Positions 20,922 through 29,944 of a stretch of 64,000 nucleotides of DNA are shown here, one piece after another. The translations under genes were made by a program, and so were the position numbers. Source of the stretch: a virus; the IMG/VR virus record IMGVR_UViG_3300020205_002210, positions 57,250-121,249 of that record; one strand, 5' to 3'. A model generated the notes under the pieces. It was given only the letters and a program-made list of their open reading frames with translations, was not told the origin of the DNA and ran no database searches. Every line of letters starts with the position of its first letter. The first letter of the stretch is position 1.

Positions 20922-21529
20922 ACACTACCGATGATATAATTTTATATGATACCGCTGCGGTATCAAAAGTTGAACCTTCTGAACCATCAATAAAAACTTA
21001 TGAGTTGGTGCCAGTACAATCATCTTCATTGTATAAGGTTATGCCAGAATTTGATTTCGCATCACCGCCAATTAATCCAATTGAATTGGCATCCTCTCTA
21101 GTAGAAACTTGCCGTAAATATAATGGACTCGGTTTGTCTTCCAATCAATGTGGGCTTTTGCACCGTGTATTTGTGATGGGTACTGGTGATGAATATGTGG
21201 CATATTTTAATCCTAAATTAATTTCCACAGAAGATGAAGTACACATGGAAGAAGGTTGTCTGTCGGTACCATATCTAATGTTAAACATCACTCGACCAAA
21301 AAAGATAACGGTAGAATACCAAGACTACAATGGCACAAATCGCAAGGCAACTTTTGAAGGTATGACTGCAAGATGTTTCTTACATGAGCTTGACCACATG
21401 AACGGAATAATGTATACTGATAAAGTGAAACCTCTTGCATTACAGTTTGGCATTAAAAAGATGCAAAAGATGTACCAAAAGATTTCTAAACAAATGCGAA
21501 TGATTAAACAGATGAAAACTAAAAAATAA
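20918..21529 (+). CDS. def: Peptide deformylase
   Basis: GLGLSSNQ, EEGCLS, HELDH motifs. Confidence 0.93.
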   Translation: MNTTDDIILYDTAAVSKVEPSEPSIKTYELVPVQSSSLYKVMPEFDFASPPINPIELASSLVETCRKYNGLGLSSNQCGLLHRVFVMGTGDEYVAYFNPKLISTEDEVHMEEGCLSVPYLMLNITRPKKITVEYQDYNGTNRKATFEGMTARCFLHELDHMNGIMYTDKVKPLALQFGIKKMQKMYQKISKQMRMIKQMKTKK

Positions 21530-22794
21530 TGGCCACACCTATAGATTATGTTGATGCTCAGTGGGACAAATGGCAAACACTTAATGATCCTACACGATTC
21601 GATCATATAGACACCGAGCAACTGAAAGAAACTTTGGTGAAAGACCTCACATATGCATCCAAGATGGATGTGCGTGAGTATACCTTGTATCAGAAGTGGT
21701 TAGAAGTACATGAGAAATATCCCACCAGGACAATCACCACTTTGTTTGGTGATGATGTTCAATTGGTAGATGTTACACAAAAGAACCTTGTTGATAAGGT
21801 TAAAAAGAATTTCTGGATGCCAGAAGGTCCAGATGATTATGAAAAGTTAAAACCTAAATTGGTTCTCTCAAACGGACCTTTGGCCGAGACTTGGAATACA
21901 GTAAGAACATTTTCATCCACAATGAAGAATAATTCAAATATTGGTCGTAATCTATTCTACACCGTGGTCGATGAGAATAGTGATAAGTATCTTGGAGTTA
22001 TCTGTATATCATCCGACTTCTTGGATTTAACTCCAAGAGATACTGCAATTGGATGGCCAAGAGATGTTAAGACACAACAAGGTATGATTAATCATACTGC
22101 AATTGGATCCACAATCGTTCCATTACAACCATTAGGTTTTAATTACATGGGCGGTAAATTGTTGGCACTACTATGTCTTGCTGATACTGTTCAGAAAGAT
22201 TGGAAAAGACAATACGATGATGTTCTCGTTGGAGTTACTACCACATCTCTTTATGGTAACACCAAAGCAAACGGTCTTTCTCAGTATGATGGACTTGAAC
22301 ATTGGAACAAGATGGGATTTTCTAGTGGTTCGGTTGCATTCGAACCTTCCAGAAAAACCAGAGCATTGATTTATGATTGGGTTAAAGAGAACTATCCACG
22401 AAAATATTTCGAATGGTGGGAAGCCAAGAATCCAAAAGGTCTGCCGCTTAAACGCGACCACAAAAACCGTACATTAAATTTTGCATATGGTAAGTTAAGT
22501 ATTCCAAAAGAACTTATCCGCACCGAACATCAGAGGGGCATATACTTCTCTCCTCTGTATAACAACACCAATGAGTATCTAAGGAAAGAAATTGGTGATG
22601 TTGATCTGGTAAAATCATTTGATACCAGTGAAGAAACTTTGGCAAACATTTGGAAACAAAAATATGCCAAAGGTCGTATATCAATGTTGAAGAAAAAGAA
22701 CACTGTCTCCTATGAGAACTTGTTTTATGATGACTTGATTTACCTTTCTTGGGAAGAAACCAAGAACAAATATCTACCACAAGTTGGCAGATAA
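21529..22794 (+). CDS. DUF4338 / Druantia DruA-like protein (copy 1)
   Basis: GRNL...YLGVICISSD..L.PRD..IGW, P.GFNYMGGKLLA, W..QY...LVGVTTTSLYG pattern. Confidence 0.7.
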   Translation: MATPIDYVDAQWDKWQTLNDPTRFDHIDTEQLKETLVKDLTYASKMDVREYTLYQKWLEVHEKYPTRTITTLFGDDVQLVDVTQKNLVDKVKKNFWMPEGPDDYEKLKPKLVLSNGPLAETWNTVRTFSSTMKNNSNIGRNLFYTVVDENSDKYLGVICISSDFLDLTPRDTAIGWPRDVKTQQGMINHTAIGSTIVPLQPLGFNYMGGKLLALLCLADTVQKDWKRQYDDVLVGVTTTSLYGNTKANGLSQYDGLEHWNKMGFSSGSVAFEPSRKTRALIYDWVKENYPRKYFEWWEAKNPKGLPLKRDHKNRTLNFAYGKLSIPKELIRTEHQRGIYFSPLYNNTNEYLRKEIGDVDLVKSFDTSEETLANIWKQKYAKGRISMLKKKNTVSYENLFYDDLIYLSWEETKNKYLPQVGR

Positions 22795-22815
22795 AAACAT
22801 ATACCACAAAATGTG

Positions 22816-22844
22816 TTGACAAATGCACTACATAATGTTATGAT
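22816..22844 (+). promoter_or_regulatory. Sigma70-type promoter
   Basis: TTGACA-17nt-TATGAT. Confidence 0.75.
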
Positions 22845-22897
22845 GTGACTACTTGCTGATTGCAAGGTTTTTTTAAATTTATTATTAGGAGTTCAAT

Positions 22898-23170
22898 ATG
22901 AACAACAAACTATCCGCTAAGGCGAAAATTCTCAACTTTCTGACCAAAACTACTGGTTATAACACACTGTCCGTTGCACAAGCTCGTGCTCGTTTTGGTA
23001 TCCAAAATGTTGCGGCTCGTATTGACGAACTTCGTAAAGAAGGAAATGTCATTTACACAAACACCAAGACTCGCGCTGATGGCAGCAAAGTCTCTGTGTA
23101 TCGCGTAGGTACACCAACCAAAGCTATGGTTCGTGCAGCTATCAAATCTGGTTACAGCTTCACAGCTTAA
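22898..23170 (+). CDS. Small winged helix-turn-helix DNA-binding protein
   Basis: AQARARFGIQNVAARIDELRKEGNVI HTH followed by beta wing; own promoter and terminator. Confidence 0.75.
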   Translation: MNNKLSAKAKILNFLTKTTGYNTLSVAQARARFGIQNVAARIDELRKEGNVIYTNTKTRADGSKVSVYRVGTPTKAMVRAAIKSGYSFTA

Positions 23171-23184
23171 TTTTAGGTTATGCG

Positions 23185-23218
23185 GGGAGACCACATTAGT
23201 GGTTCTCCCTTTTTTTTA
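23185..23218 (+). terminator. Rho-independent terminator
   Basis: GGGAGACCAC-ATTA-GTGGTTCTCCC plus T8. Confidence 0.85.
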
Positions 23219-23232
23219 TTTTTGGAGAGATA

Positions 23233-24051
23233 ATGGAAATTTCAATTAAAAAAGAAGAGCTTCAAAAGAAAAGTATTTTTGTTGCAACACCAATGTATGG
23301 TGGTATGAATCATGGGCTTTATGCAAAAGCTTGTTTAGATTTACAAGCGCTGTGTATGCAGTATGGTGTGAAAGTGAAATTCTCATTTCTTTTCAATGAA
23401 TCCTTAATTACTCGCGCTCGTAATTATTTGGTCGATGAGTTTTTGAATCGTTCCGATTGTACACACCTGTTGTTCATCGATTCGGATATTCACTTCAACC
23501 CGCAAGACATTATTGCACTTCTAGCCTTAGACAAAGATGTTGTAGGCGGACCTTATCCTAAAAAGGCCATCAAATGGAAATCTGTGAAGAAAGCCATTGA
23601 AAAGAATCCTGACATTGATATAGAGTCATTGGAAAAAGTTACTGGTGACTATGTGTTTAATCCAGTAAAAGGCACCGACAAGTTTAGTGTTTCTGATCCA
23701 CTAGAAGTTTTGGAAATTGGAACCGGTTTGATGATGGTTAATCGTACTGTGTTTGCAAAATTTGCAGACGCTTATCCGCAACTGCGTTACAAACCAGACC
23801 ATGTTGGCCAAGCACACTTTGATGGTTCGCGTTACATTCATGCATACTTTGATACTATTATTGATAGTGTAGACAGTGCAACTGGTGGTGGTTCAGACCG
23901 GTATCTTTCAGAAGATTACATGTTCTGCCAACTCTGGCGTAAACTTGGTGGTTCAATTTGGTTGTGTCCTTGGATGCGAGCTGACCATATTGGCACATAT
24001 CACTTCAAAGGCGATATGCCGGCTGTTGCGAATTTTGTCGGAGAAATGTAA
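23233..24051 (+). CDS. GT-A fold glycosyltransferase-like protein
   Basis: IFVATPMYG, ESLITRARN, LLFIDSDI (DxD), LSEDYMFC, W.CPW...DHIG. Confidence 0.7.
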   Translation: MEISIKKEELQKKSIFVATPMYGGMNHGLYAKACLDLQALCMQYGVKVKFSFLFNESLITRARNYLVDEFLNRSDCTHLLFIDSDIHFNPQDIIALLALDKDVVGGPYPKKAIKWKSVKKAIEKNPDIDIESLEKVTGDYVFNPVKGTDKFSVSDPLEVLEIGTGLMMVNRTVFAKFADAYPQLRYKPDHVGQAHFDGSRYIHAYFDTIIDSVDSATGGGSDRYLSEDYMFCQLWRKLGGSIWLCPWMRADHIGTYHFKGDMPAVANFVGEM

Positions 24052-24710
24052 TGATTGTTGGATTACTTGGATTTATAGGTTCAGGTAAAGGCACTGCTGG
24101 TGACATTCTTAAAGACCTTGGTTTCACTCCTGTGAGTTTTGCCAAAGGTGTTAAGGATGTCGCTGCTGAAATGTTTGGATGGCCAAGACACCTACTTGAG
24201 GGTGACACTGAGGCGTCCCGTATCTGGCGTGAACAACCGGATGTTTTTTGGTCCAAAGAGTTTGGTAAAGACTTTTCTCCAAGACTAGCATTGCAGTTGA
24301 TGGGCACAGAAGTTGGTCGTGATATTTTTCACCAAAACTTTTGGGTCATAAAAATGAAAAAATATTTTCTTAGTAATCCAAATCAAAACTTTGTGATTAC
24401 CGATGTTAGGTTCCAGAATGAAATTGATTTTGTACATAGCCATCGGGGCATACTAATTGAAATTCAAAGAGGTATTAAACCACATTGGTATAGCATTGCA
24501 GCTTCTGCAAACCGAGGAGACTATAAAGCAATTCGACACATGGAAGAAGCAGGAATACATCCTTCTGAGTGGAGTTGGATTGGCGGACAAATTGACCATG
24601 TGATTACAAATGATGGTTCGTTGGACGAATTGAAAAATAACATAATGAAATGCTTGACACGATCTTACGGATCAAGTACAATAAGTGAAATGACAGAAGG
24701 AGTATCGTAA
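24051..24710 (+). CDS. gp1: Deoxynucleoside monophosphate kinase
   Basis: GFIGSGKGT P-loop, PRLALQLMGTEVGR, VITDVRFQNE. Confidence 0.9.
   Translation: MIVGLLGFIGSGKGTAGDILKDLGFTPVSFAKGVKDVAAEMFGWPRHLLEGDTEASRIWREQPDVFWSKEFGKDFSPRLALQLMGTEVGRDIFHQNFWVIKMKKYFLSNPNQNFVITDVRFQNEIDFVHSHRGILIEIQRGIKPHWYSIAASANRGDYKAIRHMEEAGIHPSEWSWIGGQIDHVITNDGSLDELKNNIMKCLTRSYGSSTISEMTEGVS
24654..24682 (+). promoter_or_regulatory. Sigma70-type promoter for gp45-gp44-gp62-regA
   Basis: TTGACA-17nt-TACAAT. Confidence 0.7.
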
Positions 24711-25387
24711 TGAAACTATCGAATGAGACCTTGACGGTCCTTAAAAACTTTGCCAATATCAATCCCGGTATTGAATTTAAATCAGGCAATAAACTGACAA
24801 CCATTTCGGCAACGAAAACTGTTTTGGCCAAAGCGGGAATCAAAGATGACTTCCCACAAGATTTTTGTATCTATGACTTGAATCAGTTCCTATCCGTACA
24901 GTCTCTGTATAAAGATGGTGAAATTGAGTTTGATAATGAACATGTTATCTTTAAGTTGGGTCGAAAGAAACTTAATTATCGTAAGACAGCAAAAAGTATG
25001 ATTGTAACACCACCTGATAAAGAGTTGAATCTTCCGTCAGTTGATGTTGAATTCACACTCAAAGAAGAAGAGTTGTCTTCTGTACTGAAGACTGCCAGTA
25101 TTCTACAATCACCACACATCTCAATTCTTTCAGATGGTGAAAAGATTTATATCAATACCTGTGACGCAAAAGATAACTCTGCTCACATTGATTCTACACA
25201 AATTGCTGATGGCAATGGTAAGAAATTCAAGGCTTTGTTTTTGACTGAAAACTTTAAAATGATTTCAGGTACATATCAAGTGCAAATTTCATCTAAGGGA
25301 CTATCTTACTTTAAGAACACTAAAGAAGACATGCAATATTGGATTGCTATCGAAGCTAAAGAATCTGACCTATCTTTTGGAGAATAA
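24710..25387 (+). CDS. gp45: Sliding clamp
   Basis: MKLSNETLTVLKNFANIN, FCIYDLNQFL, YWIAIE. Confidence 0.96.
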   Translation: MKLSNETLTVLKNFANINPGIEFKSGNKLTTISATKTVLAKAGIKDDFPQDFCIYDLNQFLSVQSLYKDGEIEFDNEHVIFKLGRKKLNYRKTAKSMIVTPPDKELNLPSVDVEFTLKEEELSSVLKTASILQSPHISILSDGEKIYINTCDAKDNSAHIDSTQIADGNGKKFKALFLTENFKMISGTYQVQISSKGLSYFKNTKEDMQYWIAIEAKESDLSFGE

Positions 25388-25388
25388 T

Positions 25389-25667
25389 ATGACAACAGTG
25401 AGTACACTATTTGGTTCTTTTGATAATGACACTTTGAAGAAACTCAAGGGTTATGTTGATGAGGCCGTTTTACACATGCGCCGGAATCAAGCCAATAATG
25501 AAGCAATCAAAGATATCATTGATGCTGCTAATGATGAGTTGAAGGTTCCAAAGAAGATTCTGAAACGCATGGCTAAGGTGCAATTCAAACAGAACTTCCA
25601 AACAGAAGTTGCTGAATACAAAGAGTTCGAAACTTTGTTTGAGAGTATGAACGGCATCAAGCCCTGA
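25389..25667 (+). CDS. dsDNA-binding protein (T4 DsbA-like)
   Basis: Helical ~92 aa; IKDIIDAANDELKVPKKILKRMAK...E.FETLFE parallels T4 DsbA. Confidence 0.65.
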   Translation: MTTVSTLFGSFDNDTLKKLKGYVDEAVLHMRRNQANNEAIKDIIDAANDELKVPKKILKRMAKVQFKQNFQTEVAEYKEFETLFESMNGIKP

Positions 25668-25740
25668 CATACCTTATGTGCATTATAAGAGTGTTTAAGT
25701 CACTTAATGCACAATTTATTATATATTATGGAGAATTTGA

Positions 25741-26676
25741 ATGTCAGAACACATCTTGTGGGTGGAGAAGTATCGTCCTAAAACCATTGAAGATTGTATT
25801 CTTCCCGATGGTATCAAGGCAACATTTCAGGAATATGTAAACCGCAAAGAGATTCCTAATCTGTTGTTGTCCGGTTCTGCCGGTGTTGGTAAGACAACAA
25901 TTGCAAAAGCCCTCTGTGAAGAGGTTGGTTGTGATTATATTATGATTAACGGTTCAGATGAATCGGGTATCGATGTTCTACGGAACAAAATCAAAAACTA
26001 TGCGTCCTCTATGTCCTTATCTGGCGGCCGCAAAGTTGTTATCATTGACGAAGCAGATTATCTAAATCCAAATTCAACTCAACCTGCGATGCGTGGTGCC
26101 ATTGAGGAGTTTGCTTCCAACTGTTCATTCATCTTCACTTGCAATTTTAAGAACAGGATCATTGATCCCATTCATTCTCGTTGCACTGTTGTAGACTTTA
26201 AGATCAATGGTAGTAGAGCCAAGATGGCTGCACAATTCTTTAAGCGAGTTGAATGGATTCTGAAACAAGAAGGTGTGGATTATGACAAAGAGGTTGTGGC
26301 CGCTGTTATAACGAAACACTTTCCAGACAATCGCCGTATCTTAAATGAATTGCAACGGTATTCTGTGAGTGGAACAATTGACAAAGGCATCTTGGCTTCA
26401 GTTTCTGAAATTCAGATGACAGAATTGGTTAAGTCACTTAAAGGTAAAGATTTCGCATCTTGCCGTAAATGGGTTACCAATAACTTAGACAATGACACCA
26501 CACGCATCTTTCGAAATGTTTATGATGCATTATATGAGCAACTGAAACCTAATTCCGTTCCACAACTGGTTCTGATTTTGGCAAAGTATCAATATCAAGC
26601 TGCTTTTGTGGCCGACCATGAAATCAACCTCATTGCATGTTTGACTGAAATTATGGTCGAATGTGAATTCAAATGA
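25741..26676 (+). CDS. gp44: Clamp loader large subunit
   Basis: LWVEKYRP, GSAGVGKTT, IIDEAD, SRC. Confidence 0.96.
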   Translation: MSEHILWVEKYRPKTIEDCILPDGIKATFQEYVNRKEIPNLLLSGSAGVGKTTIAKALCEEVGCDYIMINGSDESGIDVLRNKIKNYASSMSLSGGRKVVIIDEADYLNPNSTQPAMRGAIEEFASNCSFIFTCNFKNRIIDPIHSRCTVVDFKINGSRAKMAAQFFKRVEWILKQEGVDYDKEVVAAVITKHFPDNRRILNELQRYSVSGTIDKGILASVSEIQMTELVKSLKGKDFASCRKWVTNNLDNDTTRIFRNVYDALYEQLKPNSVPQLVLILAKYQYQAAFVADHEINLIACLTEIMVECEFK

Positions 26677-27062
26677 GTCCGTTTGACTATGCCGACTACA
26701 TCCTCAGAAAAAAAGTACCTGAAGGTGAGTTGGATTTCAAAGATTATGCACCCTTCCTAATCAACAGGTCATTGTCCCACCACTTAGACTGTGTTCTCTA
26801 TGTAAATGAGTTGAACATGTGGCCAAGTATTGACAAAGACATGCAATACCACTATCTTCTAAATAGTATCAGGCCTATGAAACGAAAGTTCGTTCCATGG
26901 CAAAAGGCCGATTCTGATAAGAATATTGAGTGTGTGAAAATCTATTATGGGTATTCTAACGCCAAAGCTAAAGAAGCTCTCCGTATTCTTACTGATGAAC
27001 AAATCGCTGTTATAAAAACAAAAATAGATACAGGCGGAGTGAAGAATAATGATAGAAATTAA
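26673..27062 (+). CDS. gp62: Clamp loader small subunit
   Basis: SPFDY, YAPFLINRSLS, YYGYSNAKAKEAL. Confidence 0.92.
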   Translation: MSPFDYADYILRKKVPEGELDFKDYAPFLINRSLSHHLDCVLYVNELNMWPSIDKDMQYHYLLNSIRPMKRKFVPWQKADSDKNIECVKIYYGYSNAKAKEALRILTDEQIAVIKTKIDTGGVKNNDRN

Positions 27063-27459
27063 AGACTTGGTTGAGGTGACATTGGCAGAAAAGGATGATT
27101 TTCTTAAAGTTAGAGAAACATTAACCCGTATCGGCGTTGCATCAAAGAAAGATAAAACACTGTACCAATCTTGTCACATACTCCATAAGCGTGGACAATA
27201 TTACATTGTACACTTCAAAGAGTTGTTTGCATTAGATGGTAAACCTACCGATATTAGTGAAAACGATTTGTCTCGTAGGAATGCCATTGTTAATCTATTG
27301 GAAGATTGGGGTCTATTAACCATTGTTGATAAGAAACAAACGGAGACACCAGAACCCATATTCTTATCACAGGTTAAAATCATTTCACACAAAGAGAAGT
27401 CGGAGTGGCAATTAACACCAAAATATAATATTGGTAAAAAACCACAAACTCCACAGTAA
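27049..27459 (+). CDS. regA: Translational repressor RegA
   Basis: DDFLKVRETLTRIG, LYQSCHILHKRGQYYIVHFKELF. Confidence 0.97.
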   Translation: MIEIKDLVEVTLAEKDDFLKVRETLTRIGVASKKDKTLYQSCHILHKRGQYYIVHFKELFALDGKPTDISENDLSRRNAIVNLLEDWGLLTIVDKKQTETPEPIFLSQVKIISHKEKSEWQLTPKYNIGKKPQTPQ

Positions 27460-27463
27460 ACTG

Positions 27464-27471
27464 TATAAATA
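27464..27471 (+). promoter_or_regulatory. T4-type late promoter
   Basis: Exact TATAAATA immediately before a structured leader. Confidence 0.7.
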
Positions 27472-27476
27472 AAAGT

Positions 27477-27694
27477 GTTCTTAGTCCCTCGGGATGGGAA
27501 CTACCATGCCTCTGAAGGGTAGTAAAATAACCAGAGGCACCAATTTGCCCACCTTAGGGCCGTTTAGATGTTTCGGTAAAAAGCGTCCGTGTAATTACAC
27601 CCTCAACACGAAAGTTTGAGCCAGTATAAGGTAAGCTGGAAATACCGTCATGCCTTCGGGGTGACAAATTTTAACTCGCTTAATAGGAGAAATT
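27477..27694 (+). ncRNA. Structured 5' leader RNA: H-type pseudoknot, several hairpins, ROSE-like SD-sequestering hairpin
   Basis: ACTACC/GGTAGT crossed with TGCCTCTG/CAGAGGCA; GAAA- and TTCG-capped hairpins; CTCGCT-TAAT-AGGAG. Confidence 0.65.
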
Positions 27695-27919
27695 ATGTTA
27701 AATAATATTAACACCGCCATCGACACGTTCCAAAGTGTCAAAAGTAAATTCGTTGAAACCTGCGTTGATAACGAAGAACTTAAAAAACCACTCAATGCGT
27801 TCATCACAGCACAGACCACTTTTGCAAAGACTGTAGCTAAATCTCACAATGACTTCTTCACTTCATTGGCTATGGCAGCATATGCCTTTGATGCGAAAAA
27901 AGCCTTTGCTAAGAAATAA
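27695..27919 (+). CDS. Small alpha-helical hypothetical protein
   Basis: AGGAG RBS, 74 aa, Ala/Phe-rich amphipathic. Confidence 0.7.
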   Translation: MLNNINTAIDTFQSVKSKFVETCVDNEELKKPLNAFITAQTTFAKTVAKSHNDFFTSLAMAAYAFDAKKAFAKK

Positions 27920-27930
27920 GGAGAACACAT

Positions 27931-28377
27931 ATGACTACTTTTCCCTCTATAATGGATTTCCATAAATTCGATCCGTTCGCAGTAGGTTTTACTGATGTAT
28001 TCAAAGACTTACAAGAAATGTCCAAGACTGTCCAAAAAGCAGTTTCTTATCCACCATATAATATCAGACAGATTAAAGAAAACAAATTTGTCATTGAGAT
28101 GGCTGTGGCTGGTTTTGCAAAATCCGACATTGAAGTTACACTAGAAGGTAACAAACTGATTGTGAAAGGTCTCTCACAAGACACAGAAGCACCAGAATCC
28201 TTCATCTACAAGGGTATTGCTAACCGAAATTTCACCCGTGAATTCAAACTCAATGATAAAATTGAAATTGAAAATGCTGAAATGGCCAATGGAATGTTAA
28301 GAATCTGGTTGGAAAACATTGTCAAAGCTCAAGACGCAATCAAAAAAATTGCAGTTAAGGAGAAAGCAGACAAATGA
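27931..28377 (+). CDS. hsp20: Small heat-shock protein (Hsp20/IbpA-like)
   Basis: YPPYNI, IEMAVAGF, YKGIANRNFTREF, NGMLRI. Confidence 0.95.
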   Translation: MTTFPSIMDFHKFDPFAVGFTDVFKDLQEMSKTVQKAVSYPPYNIRQIKENKFVIEMAVAGFAKSDIEVTLEGNKLIVKGLSQDTEAPESFIYKGIANRNFTREFKLNDKIEIENAEMANGMLRIWLENIVKAQDAIKKIAVKEKADK

Positions 28378-28478
28378 AACCACTCTTAAAATTTCTATTG
28401 AATATTGTTGAAGGTATTCAGGAAGCTCGAGCTCTAAAGGCTGAATTGTTTGTCAAGAACCACTTCAGAGGTTCTTAA
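28374..28478 (+). CDS. Small hypothetical peptide (34 aa)
   Basis: ATGA overlap with hsp20 stop; MKPLLKFLLNIVEGIQEARALKAELFVKNHFRGS. Confidence 0.5.
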   Translation: MKPLLKFLLNIVEGIQEARALKAELFVKNHFRGS

Positions 28479-28479
28479 A

Positions 28480-28557
28480 ATGTTAAATTGGTGGCCCGCC
28501 TCAGATGAGGAATGGGACCGGTTAAACTATCCGGACAAATATTTACCAACTAAGTGA
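28480..28557 (+). CDS. Possible micro-protein (25 aa)
   Basis: MLNWWPASDEEWDRLNYPDKYLPTK fills the gap before the terminator. Confidence 0.35.
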   Translation: MLNWWPASDEEWDRLNYPDKYLPTK

Positions 28558-28559
28558 TA

Positions 28560-28596
28560 AAAGGGGCTTGACAGGCCCCTTTTTTTCATGTATAAT
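28560..28596 (+). terminator. Terminator hairpin with overlapping consensus sigma70 promoter
   Basis: AAAGGGGC-TTGACAG-GCCCCTTT(T); TTGACA 28568-28573, 17 nt, TATAAT 28591-28596. Confidence 0.8.
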
Positions 28597-28605
28597 TTAT
28601 TCATT

Positions 28606-28806
28606 ATGTCAAAAAAACAATTTAAACCATTTAACCAACTCAAAAAAGTTCGGTCTAAATTTAATCCAACGGATATTTTCTACACAGATTCTTCTTGGGA
28701 AACCAAAGAAGTTGATGGTGTGGTGTTCATCTACGTCATTAAAAATATTGGCATTAGGGAAACACCAAAGCTGATGCGAAAAGAATCTTTAGAAGTTGTT
28801 CGTTGA
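28606..28806 (+). CDS. Hypothetical basic protein
   Basis: 66 aa ORF just after the consensus promoter. Confidence 0.55.
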   Translation: MSKKQFKPFNQLKKVRSKFNPTDIFYTDSSWETKEVDGVVFIYVIKNIGIRETPKLMRKESLEVVR

Positions 28807-28811
28807 TTAAT

Positions 28812-28889
28812 GGGCCTCTAGCTCATGTTGGTTAGAGCAGTGGACTCATAATCCATTGGTGCCGTGTTCGACTCACGGGGGGCCCACCA
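28812..28889 (+). tRNA. tRNA-Ile2 (CAT, lysidine type) most likely
   Basis: Cloverleaf GGGCCTC/GGGGCCC-A-CCA, loop CTCATAA, resembles E. coli ileX. Confidence 0.8.
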
Positions 28890-28908
28890 TCTTTATAATA
28901 GGAATATA

Positions 28909-29349
28909 ATGAAAACTAAATTCTTGGAGGCATACATGAAGGTTGCCGAAAGTTTTTCTGGACTTTCATCAGCCAAAAGACTACAAGTCGGCGCAATTGT
29001 TGTCAAAGAAGACCGTATCATCTCTATTGGTTACAATGGAATGCCTTCAGGTTGGGACAATGAATGTGAAGAATTGGTCCATCGGATTGCCGAAGAACCA
29101 ATATTGAAAACTAAACCAGAAGTTCTCCATGCGGAAACAAATGCTATTGCAAAACTGGCAAAAAGTTCGGAGTCTGGTAATAATGCTAGCATTTTTATAA
29201 CACATGCTCCATGTCTCGACTGTGCAAAATTAATTTACCAGTCTGGCATCAATTCGGTATATTACCGAAATGCATATAGAAATGAAGATGGTGTTAAATT
29301 CTTGCATAAAGCCGGCATAAGAGTAGCAAAGATTGAAACCGCTAAATAG
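28909..29349 (+). CDS. cd: dCMP deaminase
   Basis: VGAIVVK, GYNG, HAETNA, PCLDC zinc motifs. Confidence 0.92.
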   Translation: MKTKFLEAYMKVAESFSGLSSAKRLQVGAIVVKEDRIISIGYNGMPSGWDNECEELVHRIAEEPILKTKPEVLHAETNAIAKLAKSSESGNNASIFITHAPCLDCAKLIYQSGINSVYYRNAYRNEDGVKFLHKAGIRVAKIETAK

Positions 29350-29385
29350 ATAAGGTGTAACAATACTAACTTTGGGGGAGGTACT

Positions 29386-29901
29386 ATGCAGGTTAACATA
29401 ATTAATTGTCCTGATGTAGATTTTAAACCTTTCGTACAGAGGGCCACTCAGTTTTTTGCCAAAGAACTTATTACAAATTCACGCATAAGAAACAATTGCC
29501 ATGTTGAAATACGCTTTGATAACAAGTTAACTGAGTATGGTTATGCAAGTATTGTTGATTATAATTCAAGAAAAAAGCCAAGAAACTTCTTAATAGAAAT
29601 TCACTCTAAGTTAGGTTCCAGAAGAATACTCAGTACATTATCACATGAGATGGTACACATCAAACAGTATATTGAAGGCGAAACAAACGACCAATTAACC
29701 ACATGGCGTGGTAAAAAGATTAATCCGGACGAAGTGGACTATTGGATTCAACCTTGGGAAATTGATGCATACGGAAGAGAAACTGGTTTGTTGACAAAGT
29801 TTGCAATCTCAGAAAATCTTTGGGAAATATTTACGGATTTTGTTAATCCAGCAGGTCCAATCCGTACACATCCTATAGCGTGGAAAAATAATTTAAAATA
29901 A
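29386..29901 (+). CDS. Putative zinc metallopeptidase
   Basis: LSHEMVHIKQY (HExxH) plus PWEIDAY. Confidence 0.7.
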   Translation: MQVNIINCPDVDFKPFVQRATQFFAKELITNSRIRNNCHVEIRFDNKLTEYGYASIVDYNSRKKPRNFLIEIHSKLGSRRILSTLSHEMVHIKQYIEGETNDQLTTWRGKKINPDEVDYWIQPWEIDAYGRETGLLTKFAISENLWEIFTDFVNPAGPIRTHPIAWKNNLK

Positions 29902-29915
29902 ATTTGAAAAACCGC

Positions 29916-29944
29916 TTGCCAAGGCTAAAAGTTTACTATATAAT
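29916..29944 (+). promoter_or_regulatory. Sigma70-type promoter upstream of leader/attenuator
   Basis: TTGCCA-17nt-TATAAT. Confidence 0.75.
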
